Below, one piece after another: positions 42,070-57,227 of a stretch of DNA of 64,000 nucleotides (position 1 is its first letter; the number at the start of each line of letters is the position of its first letter). The notes under the pieces were generated by a model. It was not told the DNA's origin and did no database searches. It worked only from the letters and a program-made list of their open reading frames with translations. The DNA is taken from the NCBI RefSeq assembly GCF_006345805.1, contig NC_043012.1:43834001-43898000 (forward strand), in the 5' to 3' direction. This DNA comes from Octopus sinensis. Lineage: Eukaryota. The position numbers and the translations under genes were made by a program.

Positions 42070-44845
42070 TTTTTTTCAACAGAAGTATTTCTGTACAATC
42101 CTTCATTACTAATTTAATTTCCTCTCGTTAAAGTTTTATTATTTGTCTGTTAATATAGTTCGTGGGACCGCTCATATTGTTTACGAATTTTCTTAGTTAA
42201 CGATTAATGTCGTGAATACTTTTGTTGAAAATGCAACAACTAGAAAGATCCTTTTGGAAACAGTTCTAGGAATTAAATATTGGACATAATGTTTTATATA
42301 AGATCTTGAGGGAGAATAAAGTCAATTAGATACAGAATGAGTAATTTCAGGAGGAAAGAAAGCCGCTGTAAGAGCGATCGAGGATTAGCATATTATTATT
42401 ATTATTATTATTATTTTAAGTAAGAAAAGCAAAGTAATATGTCAAAAGCAAAGCGAAATGCAAAATAATGGATAAAAAAAACTTCAACTTCTTTTCACTT
42501 GAAAGCGATATATTTTTCGCTTTTTACGAAGAAATAAATATTGTGAATAAATAAACTAGTTTCTGACCTAATTCAACAGCGCAGATTAAGTTTTTAGACT
42601 TGGAGAAGTATGAGTCATTATAAGCATTTCTCTGGCAGAATGGTTTGTATAGAATCCTACCTCTAAAATGATACCACAACTTTACGTAATCCTCTTTACC
42701 TCCCCATTTCTACTGATCTACATAACTTTAAGACAAATTGCTGCCATTTAAATATTTTATATTATATACTGTAAAACACATAGACGAACTAGAAGTTCGC
42801 ATATATATCTTTATAATTTAACATATAGTCTACAAAACTGGAAATGATAAAAAGACACAGAAACTTAATTTTACAATTTTGTTTTAAACTAAATTCACTG
42901 TGTTTTATTACCAAAGTTCACAAAAATGCTGGATGGGAGTTCATTGTAAGGAGAGGAAATACAATGTGTTATCAGGGTGTTTGGTTTCAGACAAATTGTC
43001 ATTAAATTTATAAATAAAACAACATTAATACGAAATGAACATTTTTCGCAGTTGTTTTTATGAGAATATCTGAACTAAACAATTTTGGTGACGTGTTATT
43101 CATTCGTACACACACATTTACGGTGGTATATAAAATGCGATAAACTGTTTTTTGTGCGTCAGAGCTCAACTGTTTTTCCATCGATTATTTTTTTCCCCCA
43201 CTTTTGCTTTCAGATCGATGCGCTGTATTTTTAATTGTTATTACCAATCAATATGAACCAAAGAGGGAAACTTTATGTGGTCACCCACTTTGTAAGAAAT
43301 AACAACCAAATCTTTAAATCACATTGTATTTTCCTGAAAAGGAGGGACACATCGGACAATGTATGTTTGAAATTAGAGAGTATAGTCGCAAAAGGAACCT
43401 CATAGGTCATGGCTTTCTACGATTAGGAGTTAAATTTTTAAAAAAAACAATGTTGTTATTTGTAGTTACTTATTCTGTGAACGCCCTCGGAGTTTTCTCC
43501 TTTATCTTTCTTGAACACTTTGTCATTAAGGCAAATGATTGTTTCTTTTATAAATTGGATTTGGCCCGCATTTAATCATTATTAGATTCATTGGTTAAGG
43601 TCAGTTTAATTTAGCATAATGAAAAATCTGGCTCACATTTATAATAAATGGTTTCGATTAGCAATTAGAAGTACAAGTAATATAACGTAAGAATATTGTA
43701 ATTTTTCGCTCTGCACTAATGGTGAGTCTTCCAAATTTTATAAACCTTCATTCCTGGAATGAAGGTTGATAAAATTTATGCACAGAAAAACCAATGAGGG
43801 TGATGATGTTTATGTTATTTGAGATATTCATAAATTTATTCTTGTAATAATAATAAATTTGCCATTACCAATAAAAACAACATAAATACGAAAAATCGTT
43901 ATTTGATATGTTTATCGAGCAACTATTTATATTTCGTTTCAGACATTGCTCATCATATTACGCCATCTGTGCGTCTTTCTCGTTGTTTGGTATTTAGTTT
44001 AATTTCACACTTATTTTTAATGAGAAATAGTTCAGACAGAAGAAACTCTTAAAGAATGACGGTTGATGAAATGACAAACTTCAATTCTAATGACTTGAAG
44101 GTGTATATAACTATGAAAAGATTAATTCCGCTTATCTATTAATTGATAGGATTCACATAGGTCTGAAGAGAAGCAAAAGAAATATATATTCCCTTGAAGC
44201 ACTACTTTAATGCGGAGACTACAATGATGCTTCAGACAGAAGCTTACAGCACAGTTTTTCTTTTAAAATCTCCAATAAATATTAATTTGTTCAGATTTAA
44301 ATACATTACTCTCAAAAACAATATTGCTTATTACACGGTCGTGAAAATGAACTGACTTATACTTTAAACACAGTTACGTTCATGACGAAAAGATATGAAG
44401 GTATTCAGTTGTTTACAGTATGCTCAAACGCCAATGGCAAGTGGAAACATACCTTTTGATATGTACAGGATTGCAGACTGAAATTATTAAGAACTAATAT
44501 TTTTGCTCCATCTCTTTCGCAATACATCAAGACAGTATATCAAATGCGTGATTTTAAGCTGAAGGATAATGGAAGAAGATCGCATTAAAACAGCATACAG
44601 CAGTTTGGAGTTTCCTGCTAACGTTGTTAGCATGTTAAGACAGATTATAGGTGAAGTTTGTAGAACGTATGTCACATCCAATTATATTTGCATCATAGTA
44701 CAAACAGTCCAGTCTTGGCAAGTTCTTCCCATGCACTTAACTATGCTTTCGTTGTTGTCAACTGAAACACTAGCAACACAAACAGAAGCAACCTAATCTG
44801 CCAATTGCTCATATAGATGAATGGTTGTGTATGAGTGTGGTGCGT

Positions 44846-45148
44846 GAAGGCGCATGGCTCAGTGGTTAGAGCGTCAGGCTCACAATCATGCGGTAGTGAG
44901 TTCGATTCCCGGATCGGGACGTGTGTTGCGTTCTTGAGCAAGACACTTTATTTCATGTTGCTCCAATTCACTCAGCTGTAGAAGTACGTGTCACTGGTAC
45001 AAGCTGTATTGGCCTTTGCTTTTCCCTTGGATGACATCGGTGGCGTGGAACGGGTGGAGGCTGGTCTTCCATAAACAACTTTGCTTGGAGGGAAACTTAC
45101 TAGGCGCAATCCCATGGTCTTTCATGACCGAAGGGGGTCTTTACCCTT
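44846..45148 (+). mobile_element. tRNA-derived SINE family C
   Basis: ggcgcatggctcagtggttagagc...gagttcgattccc head; body cttgagcaagacactttatttcatgttgctcca; tail gggggtctttacccttat. Confidence 0.9.
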
Positions 45149-45208
45149 ATATATATGTGTGAGTGTATGTGTGTATGTGTGTATTATATTATATTATAAT
45201 ATATTATA

Positions 45209-45276
<68 letters not shown>

Positions 45277-46548
45277 AAATGATGTGTTATAATACTATTC
45301 CACAACAATACCAACAATCCAACATACCTCCATCATCAGCTGCCCGACGGATATCATTTGGGTTTCGACACCTGGGCAGTACCATTCAATCCGGCGGTAT
45401 CACCAGCACTAAAATAAGTGTTGAAACCACAGCTTTCAAACACATTTACCCAGTGTTCAACCGTATCGATAAATAAATTCAATAAGTACATTACAACCAA
45501 CTCCTAAATACGTGACTAAACAGCGACAAATCCATTTGGTCATACAAAAATTATAATCCCTGCCGTCTTCCGTAGTATAAAAGTGAAGGCCACATTCTTT
45601 CAATCTATCTATTTACAGGCAGGATTAAACACTAACTTTAATAAAACTACAAGAAAGAAACATATAAACAATGTACATTGTATCGGTATTAATAGTAAAC
45701 TGCAATAACTTAAATTATATGCTAAATTGCGACCAATCTTTAAGTCTATACAGATAATAATCCCGCCACTCTTCCATAGATACTACTATAATGAAAGTTA
45801 AAGTTTTATATAAATCTCTCCAAAACAAAACAATTGTATATTTAGAAATCAGTGCAGATAAAGAAAGCTAACTCATCAGATCACTCGAACATCATGGTTA
45901 CACCAATTCTTCAACTACACATATATGTATATAAATATATATATATGTATGTGTGTATACACACACGTGCGCGCGCACGCTCACATGCACACATACACGC
46001 GCGTGAATACATATATATATATATATATAAATATCGTGTTAAGTTAATACGAGTAAATGCTCCACGGTACCATAATTTTAGGCTCCAGTCAATTAAAAGA
46101 AACTACTCCAAATGATTGTTAGAGTATCCACATAAGTGAAGTCAAGACGCTTAGTTTGGACTGACATCGAGTCGTAATAATTGAGATAATGAAATCAACC
46201 CAAATAGTGATATTTTGAAATCATTTAATACGTACGTTTCAGATGTACGATATATATAATGGGAAATGTATCCATTATGTAAGCCTTCCTCGGTTAAAGC
46301 AATTCAAAATACTTTGAACAACTTTAACTGATAAAGTCACCTAACACGTCAATATCTAAGTTATCTGTGTATATGTTTGTATGTAAATGTTTGTAGGGTA
46401 TGTGGTTTTCTGTATGTGTGTATGAGTATGTGCATATATATTTATATGTGTGTGTATGTTGGTGTATATATTTGTGTGTGTATATATATGTATGTATATA
46501 GATATGTAATATATACATATATGTATATGTGTGTATATATATATATGT

Positions 46549-46604
<56 letters not shown>

Positions 46605-47580
46605 CTGTGTGTAGGGGTGAATGTGTATGTTGGTGTGGATAGATACGTGTATTTATATTCTGAATGCTTATGTATGTATCAGTACGTTTTTTTCAAATTT
46701 GTAAATATTCAAGAGCTAACAGTCGTTTTGTAGAAAGTTAACCTCTGAGCTCGAATAATAGCACATCTCAAAAGTAAACTTCTCTCTAATAATATCAATT
46801 AAGTTTTATCGTTGAAATCAATGCGAAGGTAATCTCCAATAGATTAACCTTTCTCTAATAGTTTCAATTATATCTACTGGTTTCTTAAATAAAAGATTAA
46901 GGGTTTCTCATAATTACACAAGTCTTAACAATAACTCATAATTACAATATATAAATCATTTAGATTTCAGGCGCTTATCACCTTATCCACGCACACACCC
47001 TTCTAAGGTGAAGATATTTTTATATAAACTGAAAATAATTTTCCTTCCATACAGTCGTAAACAGCTCAGGCCATGTTGAAACTCTGAGTAGACTAAACTT
47101 TTGATATAATGCATACGCACGCGCGTATTTACCCAGTCTTACACCTTGGAGAGGCATTTCCAGGTGATGAAATCTTGGTCAACCGAATTCGAAGGTGTTA
47201 ACACTGTGCTTTATTAATATTTTTATTTGCTCACACGCGTACACGATCTCATCTCCTCACATATATCCCCCGCGTTATCCACCTTACGATTACACGCATA
47301 TTTACTCTTACTAACTAACGCCAGCATACTTCTATACTTGCATACATCGCTAATCATAAATAGAATCTAAGCTAAAATGACATACACATTTCCCCTTTTC
47401 CTACTTCCGTACGCAGATACACTTTGATACATGCATTTACCCGCAACTTTATGTACCAACTCCCCTCATCGAGCAGCATTCTTCAATGATTTCTAATCTT
47501 CCGCATTCTTCCTGTCTTTCCTCTTGCTTTTTTATTATATATTTCGTATTCTCACCCTCTCAATACTTTTCTCCTTCTTT

Positions 47581-47617
47581 TCGACTGATGAAGAACTAAC
47601 GTCGAAAACGTTAACTC
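47581..47617 (+). ncRNA. Decayed canonical-core hammerhead motif
   Basis: CTGATGA-agaactaacgtc-GAAA-acgt-TA. Palindromic AACGTT stem III, but stems I and II pair poorly. Confidence 0.4.
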
Positions 47618-49019
47618 ACTTTTTACATTAAAATGTTAATAATATATTCCTTTAACTTCCTTACACTATATGTACGGAAACTATGGTTACTGACCAACAA
47701 TACAACACAAATTTTATTCATTAGGAGTCCTTCACTCTTAATTAAGCCATTTTACATTTTCCTGAATCATTCGATTTCCTCAATTGCTGCAGAGCCTACC
47801 TCACCACCGGAAATTATATTTTCTATTCCATACGTATTTCTACATTGCCATAACCATATGTCACTAACTACGATATTCTAGATGTTCTTATGCTCAGCTA
47901 GCTTGGCAAAAATATTTTGAATTTCTATACCACTAGCGTTGTTACCCCAGAATCTTTGACGGATAGATCACTTCTCCACTGCCTTCATCAGATTTCTGTC
48001 TTTTGCAATTCTCATGCTTCTTTGTGTCAACTGATGAAGGTTCAGAATTTGTGTCAGTTTCAAATTTCAACGAAGATGTAAATTTGCGTGTGTTGAAAAC
48101 TCGCCAGCAAACCAGTAATCTTTAAGTTTGTTCTAAGTTCTAATTCCTGTCTCACTCATAGCCTCATGTATTTTCTTTAGATAATTGCTCTACCTTGAAG
48201 CGATGCTATAAAATAGAGTGGAATCTCAACGGCTATTAAGCGACATATTTAATAGCGGAGATTGCGGAGTGCTAGAAAGTATATATACTTCAATAAAGAA
48301 AGTACAAAACCTATTACAAACAGGTTGAGTGCAGCAAAATGTTGCTAGCCTTCCACCCTTATTTTTCTCTTTCTACCCATTTTCCTACCATCTACCCAAT
48401 ACATATCACGAGACAAGTAGTTGTGCAGCGTGAATTATATCACATAACAACTGATACAATATTTCATAAGAGGAAATAATTTCCTGATAGTTTCATAATG
48501 CAATCAACAATTATACTATGTATTATATTATCTTTGAGGTGTCCACACCCTAGGATGACACCCCGAGCCTCGTTGTGATCTCGCGCATGGCAAATGGGTG
48601 CACGTGAGGTCTTGCTCCAGTCTCGGAGATAGCAATGGCTGCCGCGAGATCTCATCCAGTATGGGGCTGACTGCTTGTGCCGCTACATATCTTTTGTTGA
48701 GTTTGTGTGTATGTCAGTGAGTGAGTATGCGTGTGTGTATGTGTGTCAGTGAGTGAGTATGCGCGCGCGTGTGTGCGTCGTACGTGTGTGTGTCTGTCTG
48801 CGTTGCACTCCTGTACCGCAGCCGGAATATGCTCTCCAATAACATTGATACTCAAAGGTCGCGGTGGGAATCAACGCCAAGCGTTATTCTCTCAACTCAG
48901 ATTTCGTCAGGTTAATATGATTTCCAGTTTAACCAGATACTATTTAAAAAGTGGTTGCCGTAAATATGATTTGTACATGCATGTTCACGTGTGTGTATGC
49001 GTGTGCGCGTCTGTGTAAC

Positions 49020-49086
<67 letters not shown>

Positions 49087-49275
49087 TTATGTGTATATAT
49101 AATACATACATATATATAGCATTATATGTGTATATATGTATATATGCGTATGTATATGTATGTGTGTCTATATATAAATATATATATATGCGTTTTTCAA
49201 TACACATATACATATCAATATGCATATTCAAGTAGATATTTGTGTGTGTATATGTTCGTGTGTGTAAGTGCGTGC

Positions 49276-49359
<84 letters not shown>

Positions 49360-50086
49360 AAAGAAAATAGATTGGAAAAGGTTTTCATGTTTTAGTGGAG
49401 ATAATAGGGGGTGGGGCGAAAGCAAAAGACGGTAAATGTGGCAGAGAAGCAGTATGAATACGATGAATCCTGTTGGGCCAAACATAGAAAAACATCCTAC
49501 TGCAGTAGAAACTGAAGTTGAAAGCAGCAAGTGATTGTATACAGAATGTGTATATAGATATGTTTATACAGATGTATAAATGTAGGCTCGTAAATAATAA
49601 AATATAAAAATAAACCTGTTCAGAAATGTAAGAAGAAATGGAATAGAAGTTGTAGTGGATGAAAACGACAACGAAAGGTTGTTTCGGGGCGGGAAGAACA
49701 AGTGGGTGGAGCCTGCAATAATAAAACATTGCGAAATTTGTCAACATAACCTAGACACATATATTTGTTGTCAATCAATGCATTTCAGATATATAAATTT
49801 TTGATTTAAAGTAGAAAATATTAGAAATCGTTATAATGGTTAATTAACTCTCCCCGAACCTATGCGCGCGCGCACAAACACACATCTGATGATTAAGATT
49901 CTGTCTGTAGCGGCCATTATCTTTATTCCCTTACATATACAATCCACTCTTAGATATACATAAAATAAAAACCAAATACCTTCACGAATTGGTGTGTACT
50001 TGTGCCAGCTCATTAATACATATTTGGACAAATTCTGTAATATATATGCATCTATACTTCTACTCCTATATATATATATATATAAT

Positions 50087-50276
<190 letters not shown>

Positions 50277-50296
50277 GTATATATATATATATATGT

Positions 50297-50678
50297 GAAG
50301 GCGCATGGCTCAGTGGTTAGAGCGTCGAGCTTACGATCGTGAGGTCGAGCTTACGATCGTGAGGTCGAGCTTACGATCGTGAGGTTGTGAGCTCGAATCC
50401 CGGACCGGGCTGCGTGTTGTGCTCTTGAGCAAAGCACTTTATTTCACGTTGCTCCAGTTCACTCAGCTGTAGAAATGAGTTGCGACGTCACTGGTGTCAA
50501 GCTGTATCGACCTTTGTCTTTCCCTTGGATAACACTGGTGGCGTGGAGAGGGGAGACTGGTATGCATGGGCGACTGCTGGTCTTCCATAAACAACCTTGC
50601 CCGGACTTGTGTCTAGGAGGGTAACTTTCTAGGTGCAATCCCATTGTCATTCATGACCGAAGGGGGTCTTTACCCTTT
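50297..50678 (+). mobile_element. tRNA-derived SINE family C with an internal 20-bp triplication
   Basis: Homologous to 44846; gtcgagcttacgatcgtgag repeated three times at 50324-50383. Confidence 0.92.
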
Positions 50679-50697
50679 ATATATATATATATATATG

Positions 50698-50875
50698 TCT
50701 GTAAAATAATATGTGACAATTATTCAATAGCCAAGATAAAACTGAGTTTCGGATGCCGAGGTGGAAATCCACACCATCTCTTCGAAGAGATGGTGGTGTG
50801 GATTTCCACCGTCGGCATCCGAAACTCAGAGTTTTATCTTGGCTATTGAATAATTGTCATATATTATTTTACAGA
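50698..50875. repeat. Loopless imperfect palindrome (86- and 92-nt arms)
   Basis: Centre atctcttc|gaagagat at 50783/50784; arms differ by three indels and one substitution. Confidence 0.93.
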
Positions 50876-51110
50876 TAAATTTCCTCTATTTACATAATAT
50901 TGAGGTCTCTTTCTTTCTTTTGTTATTTTACCGTTTTTACCAATATAGATATATATATATATAAGTTTATCTCGACAGATTTTCTTTTCTTACAGAACTT
51001 AGACCCAGCACTGAAAATTATGATGTTTTGTATACGAATATGTTTATGTAAACAATGCTATCGAAGACAGAGAAATATGTAATGGATGTATATGCATATT
51101 TTAAGATTTG

Positions 51111-51401
51111 TTGTTCCTTCTTCAGCACTACATCCAACCCATCAACTATCCACGAATACATTGCTTAAATAGGCACTACGTTTAGCAGTATAACACAATC
51201 TGAAAGATCAATTTACGTATTAAACATTCCTAGCAACAGGTACGAAATAGCGGCACCCTACCAGCAATCAATATATACGTATCAGTTGCCAGGAATGTGT
51301 TTAATACATAAATTGGTCTATCACCGGAAAGTAAAGTGGCTATTTAAGCAATGTATTCGTGGATAGTTAATGGGTTAGATGTGGTGCTCAAGAAAGAGCA
51401 A
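51111..51401. mobile_element. MITE-like hairpin element (about 290 bp)
   Basis: Outer arms of about 70 bp (actatccacgaatacattgcttaaatag and its complement) plus inner arms at about 51206-51237 and 51284-51318. Confidence 0.7.
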
Positions 51402-53279
51402 TAACTCTTGAAATATGCAAATATACTCTTTCCTATGTTGCTAGCTTCGATCGCATTGCTTACATAGAGGTATTTGTATACAAAATGTCATAACTTTTAG
51501 TGCTGGCTCTAAATGCTAAAGAAGATCTGTAGGGACAAACTTAAAAATGAAAGCAACGCACTACTAACAGAAAAGTAGGACACAGTATTAACTTATAAAA
51601 CTTTAATATACCTAGTAACATATTATGGTTGCAAAACTACGTACGGTGTCCCTACCAGCAATTAATAGATATATAGCATTATATGAGTATATATGTGTGT
51701 GAGTGTGTGTAATATTGGAAGAGTACAGATTAGTCTGAATTGTTTCATGCTTATGTATATACTATATTATTATATAGTATATAATAGGAACAACCAAAAT
51801 TAGAACAAACTCTTTCTGGTCAAAATCGGCAAAAATAAGTTTAAAAATAAAATTTCCTAAATAAAATATATTTATATACCAAGAAGCGACGTGGATTCTG
51901 TTCAAAATGTTAGATTCTATCACTTCCCATTGCATGTTCCATTTTGTAATTTTATACACAAGCTATGAAGAATAAAAAGAAAATGCGTTTTGCAGGTATA
52001 TTGCTAACAGTCGGCGTAAAAATAGATATAGCCAAATCTATAGAACGTAGAATGAACTTATTTATATGCCTTGACGAGTTTAATTTAGCAATTAAATCCC
52101 TCCCAACAGATTTGTTTGTTGGATCACAAATCTCACATCATAGAACTGCTAAGTTTGAGCCTGCGATTCTACTGATTCGCATCACTTAAAGGCTCAGTCA
52201 TGCAATGATTGAGAGGAAGAATACAACACTGTTTTCTCATTGCTTCCTCCTATTATCCGATAAAGTAATTTGAACTTAGCAACGTAAATTAACGAAATGT
52301 CAGATTTAAAGTCTTTCCACTCCTACATCATAATATATTATTGTCGACAAAATACAAACTAATGATCTCTAGGTGTCACAATGGTGTTGACAAAATACAA
52401 ATTAATGATCTCTAGGTGGTTTAGATTGTACTTTATTCACTTGACCGTTTCTCTTGTATTGCAAAATCACATTTATTATTGTGTACTGTGTCTCAACAAT
52501 AGACTATAACATTGTGCCTGTTGTTATATCAACAGACTGAGAAAGACAAGCAAAATAATATATCTTCCCACCAAAATGTGACTTCGTAATCTATATTGCT
52601 TATCGCACTGTGTTCCGCTATATTTCTAGGATTGTCGCTATGTGACAGCCTGACAGAACGAAGAAAAATGATTTGCTTAGCAGTTTATTCGATATCATAG
52701 GCAGTTCATTGGCTTTTATAGTAATTTAAACTAATAATAAATATAGTTTACAGAATAATCAATTTTAATCGAAATTATATTGCTTATCTAACAGACAGAT
52801 ATCTGTTAAGTGCTAACATTCATGTATTCTTACTTATTTATACTTGTTTCTTCATTCAATGCGGGTATGCTATTTCCTACTTTCCAAATCATGTTCCGTT
52901 TATTGCTGTGATTAATTCCTTTCAGTACTTCTGCAAAACTGCTGCAAGTAGGTGAGTATGTATGTGTGTATAAGTATATATCACTTTACATACTACGAGA
53001 ACTGTTTTACTAGAAATCGAACAAGCCGATGCAGCGTACTCGTGACTGTAATGCTATGAGTGAGTTTAACACGCAATCTAATAAGAGCTGCATCACGCTA
53101 CGTCACTTAACCTCAATTCACTCTTGCTAGAAGGAACGTATGTTCAGCGCACTTTCTGACCCATCACAAACTGAATAACGAAAGATTCGAAAGACCAACC
53201 TGTTTGTATGAAATTCTGATTCAAATTGGAAGAAAAGTTTTACAGAAACTTGTCTAATGTTGCAACTGACTTGTAGGAA

Positions 53280-53760
53280 AGATTATTGGGCCGTAGACGA
53301 CCTTCTATGACAGCAGATGACGATCACTTTCTGAAAGTGCCGGCTGTTGTCCGGGAAAATCGTTACTATATGTCTGTAGTTTCCGAACTACAGATAAACG
53401 TTTGTGCCACATGAGTATCAAAATAAGGTTGAAAATGGGTCGTGTAACAGCAAAACTAGTGCCGTATTTGCAGACATGAACCAAAGGAGAGAGAACCCAG
53501 TCAGGAATTATTTGAATATTCGAATATTCATGAATATTTTCTAAAAGATGTTTTCGGCTAGTGCTTTGTTTGAAAAATATCACACCAAAAACATGAGATT
53601 CCCACAAATCCATTTCCTGCGAAGAACGTCTCCTTTGTGATCTCTGTTCACTGACGTTACCCAATGGAAGGCAGGAAATAGAACTTAAGGAACTCACCAC
53701 TGAACTTGAAGTGGCGCTAAAACTATATCGATGAGGAAATCTATTCAGAAAATGTAACAT
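53280..53760 (+). mobile_element. Highly decayed mariner-like transposase relic
   Basis: Plus-strand frames read GRRPSMT...VVRENR and LKMGRVTAKLVP, resembling mariner HTH and WVPxxL regions. Confidence 0.45.
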
Positions 53761-54261
53761 TCTAATGAAAAGTTACAATAACAATGTTGCATCACGTATT
53801 ATGCTGAATAGATAAAAGTATGAAACAGTGAACAAATTTAAATACCTTGTAAAACTCAACCTGGCCTCATCTGCCATTACGAAGCAAAAAATCTGATTGT
53901 CCTCATAAAGTTTCCATTATTTGCCTATTCCTTTTCATGACCTCTAAATGTCAAACCACTTAAAATCTTTGTTACAGCTACAATTCTTTTCAGGAGTTTA
54001 AAATAGTACTATATGTAATTCTTCTCATCTGTTCTTCTTGAAGTTTCTAATTCACAGTGTTTTATGAATGTATTCAAAGTTATGAATACTTTCTTCCAGG
54101 CAGAAAACTCACCCGTTGTGAGTGACATTTGGTATTTAGAAGAGAATTTATGACATAAGGAAAGAAACTGTGTGGAAGCCCGACGTTTATGTGTGTACTT
54201 GTGGTTGTGTTTGTCCTCCCACAGTTTGAGATAAAAGAATAAAAGATAAAAGATATGTACA

Positions 54262-54314
<53 letters not shown>

Positions 54315-57186
54315 CATATACACATATACATATATATACATGCACACATGCATATATGTATACACACATACATACGTATGTATATGCATGTATAGTTATA
54401 CGTACATATATACACACATAGAAATAGATATAGGGATAAGCAAGTTAGACAGATCGATGTATGAAGTTTTACTATATTAATACATGAAATCCCCCAAACT
54501 GTATATTTGTTTACATACAAAAAGGTCCGACTTACACAGGATACAAATGATATAGAGGATTAAAGGGGTTGAAGAAATGTATTACAAATCAAACAGCTCA
54601 GCTGTTTCTGGGAGCTCCGAGGTCCAAAATATACATATATGTATGTATTATGTATATATACATGCATATATATATATATATATACATATTTATACACACA
54701 CACTCACACACACACACACACACACTCACACACACACACACACACACCACACACAAACACACGCACACACACAATTTACTGTTCCGTTATAGATAGGATC
54801 AATATAAAAGTACTCCATCTAGTGTGAGGTAAATATAGTGCGTAGATAAGATCTATTCAGATAAGATCTACTAATATTTTCACACCATTGAAACATGATA
54901 ATCCGGCAGATTTATATATCGTGTTTTGTGCCTTCGGGTTCGATCAACATGATTAGTCTTATTCGAAAATCAGGAGCTGGTCTATCAAAAAACACAAGAG
55001 AAAGGAGGTTGGGGCAAAAAGTGGAACGAGAAGACAAAGAATGAATAAAAACGAAAAAAGAAAAGAAAGAATCCCAAGTGTTGCGTACCTTATGTCCTTA
55101 GAAATCATAATTAATCTAACTGGGGTAGAATTATTCAACTGGGAGAAGACCAAAGTTTGATAGACAGCCGCTCAAACCTCCAGTTCGACAGAAGAAATTT
55201 GTTCATACGCTTACGTTTGCAAGAAATTTCGCGGCTGGAATTAAATAGTGTGGTGGAATTCTTCGCTCAAAAGAGAATGTACATTCAGCTACACATAGCT
55301 TGAATCTCTTTGAACCATTTACGTATGATGTGGATTTCCCCACGATTCTCCAGTTGATTCTACGTGATGTGCAGTTGGTCTTCAGATCCTATACATTGAT
55401 AGCCAACTTAGTCCCTGGCAGTTTACATAACGTCTTTTAAAATTGCCTTCGCATAAACTGACATAATTTTTCTTTTCAGTTACGTTATCTTGGAGTACTG
55501 CGGTGATTTCGGTTTCACAAACGACTGAGTTTATGAAACATACCTGATCGAGTGGGCACGCTTCAGGATCTCGGAAAGCAAAACACTACTATATCTGAGA
55601 GTGCAAGAAAATTCATTCATCGAAATATAGTTGATTCTCGTACCCCTCCAGGGTTTGGGTCCCTGAAGCTTAAGTGTCATTACTTTTTTATTCACCACTG
55701 CGTTGACGTTCTCTGTGTTTCTATTTTCTTCTCTTTTTGTCATTGATGTTTTTAGTTATATATTCTTTGTTTCACACACCCTGCTTCGGTTCTTAATATT
55801 CTTTTAGCCTTGAGAATTTTTTTATTTTATATCTTTTTCTTTTTCCCATCATTATACTGTGGCCATGCTGGGGTACTGCCTTGAATAATTTTAGTAGAAG
55901 AATCGACCCCAGAACGTTTATATTCTTAAATTAGGTGCCCTGTTCGGAATCAACATTATATTAAGATCAAAGTTGCGTCTAAATTTTATAAAGGAATATC
56001 ATGTTTGCGGCTGTTCATTTATGTATTTTCTATATTAGCTGTAAGATGAACGTTAGCAGTTAAGTCCGACTCTATAGTTAAGTTACCCTCATTTTCATTT
56101 GTTTCTTGTAATGCCTTCCTTTGCACATACCTTTTTTTTTTCGTATTTTTGTACATCAAATTCCAAGTTCGAATTCTTTTTTTAAGCGTGGGATAAATTC
56201 TGCAGTTTATTATTTGCATTGTTTATCATTTTTGAAGGGAGACGACTGAAAATGTCTGACACTTTGTTAGCTATTTTCTTGTTGCCGTTTTTTTAATACA
56301 TAGTTTGAATCGGTTTAACGATTTAATTTGTTTAAACGTGGTACCGTAAAGCTAGTGGGTATGAACATTTGCAATACATTAACTATATGAGATAACGATC
56401 AATAAATTTCAAAGTAAATAAATATATAACGTAGTTTTCCTTCAGCCTTTTCTGAAAGAACCAGTCAAGTACTTCGATAATTTATTTACACGTGATATCC
56501 AGTTCGAACATTTGTAATAGATTAATTGTATGTACTGATTATCAGCGTTGTGTCTCTCTTTCTTGGAATCCCAATAAACTATTCGTCAAATTCTTCTTAT
56601 TCCACAATTGCAATCCCCTCAAATTCTCTTTTCCTAAAGACACTGTCCTCTATGTGTATGAATAAAGATCAATAATTTGAGAGGACAAGAAAATATTAAT
56701 CATAATTTACCTTCCCAGAATCTAATTTCCTTTAAAGAGATCTAAACAAATTCATTTCTGCCCAAAATACTAACACGCGCACGCATACACAGATGCACGC
56801 GTGCGCAGTAATATACGTATTTCTATGTCCACTCGGCTACCGTAGAGACTGTTAGGTATACACATTAACGGACATATATATGCATACACATATACGTAAA
56901 ATAATATATATATGTGTATATTTTTTCTAAATATATGTTTTCTGCCTTTTATCTTTTACTTCCTGCGTCATTAGAGTATTGCCTCTTTGGGACAACACCT
57001 TCAACGTTGAATCGAACCAATCTATGTTTGGTGCTTATTCTATCGAGTACCATTGCTAAGTTTTCTCAAAAGAACATAAATAAATCAATGCGGTGATTTC
57101 AAGCAGTGGCGGGGAATACAAAAGATAGGTTCTCTCTCTCTCTCTCTCTCTCTTACTCTTCTCTCTCTCTCCTCTCTCTCCTCTCG

Positions 57187-57227
<41 letters not shown>

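Noticed and set aside
43214-43290. Short AG/GT-bounded open segment as an exon
   Set aside because: Too short and unrecognisable; expected by chance.
44846-44915. tRNA genes here and at 21350, 32940, 41226 and 50297
   Set aside because: The heads lack an acceptor-stem complement and continue into shared SINE bodies.
45330-45370. Type II hammerhead on the minus strand
   Set aside because: No U at 16.1 and no stem I.
47983-48040. CTGATGA motifs on both strands as hammerheads
   Set aside because: No GAAA, stem III or cleavage triplet follows; only a 10-bp inverted pair.
53305-53760. 151-aa minus-strand ORF as a gene
   Set aside because: No domain; the opposite strand shows mariner-like motifs.
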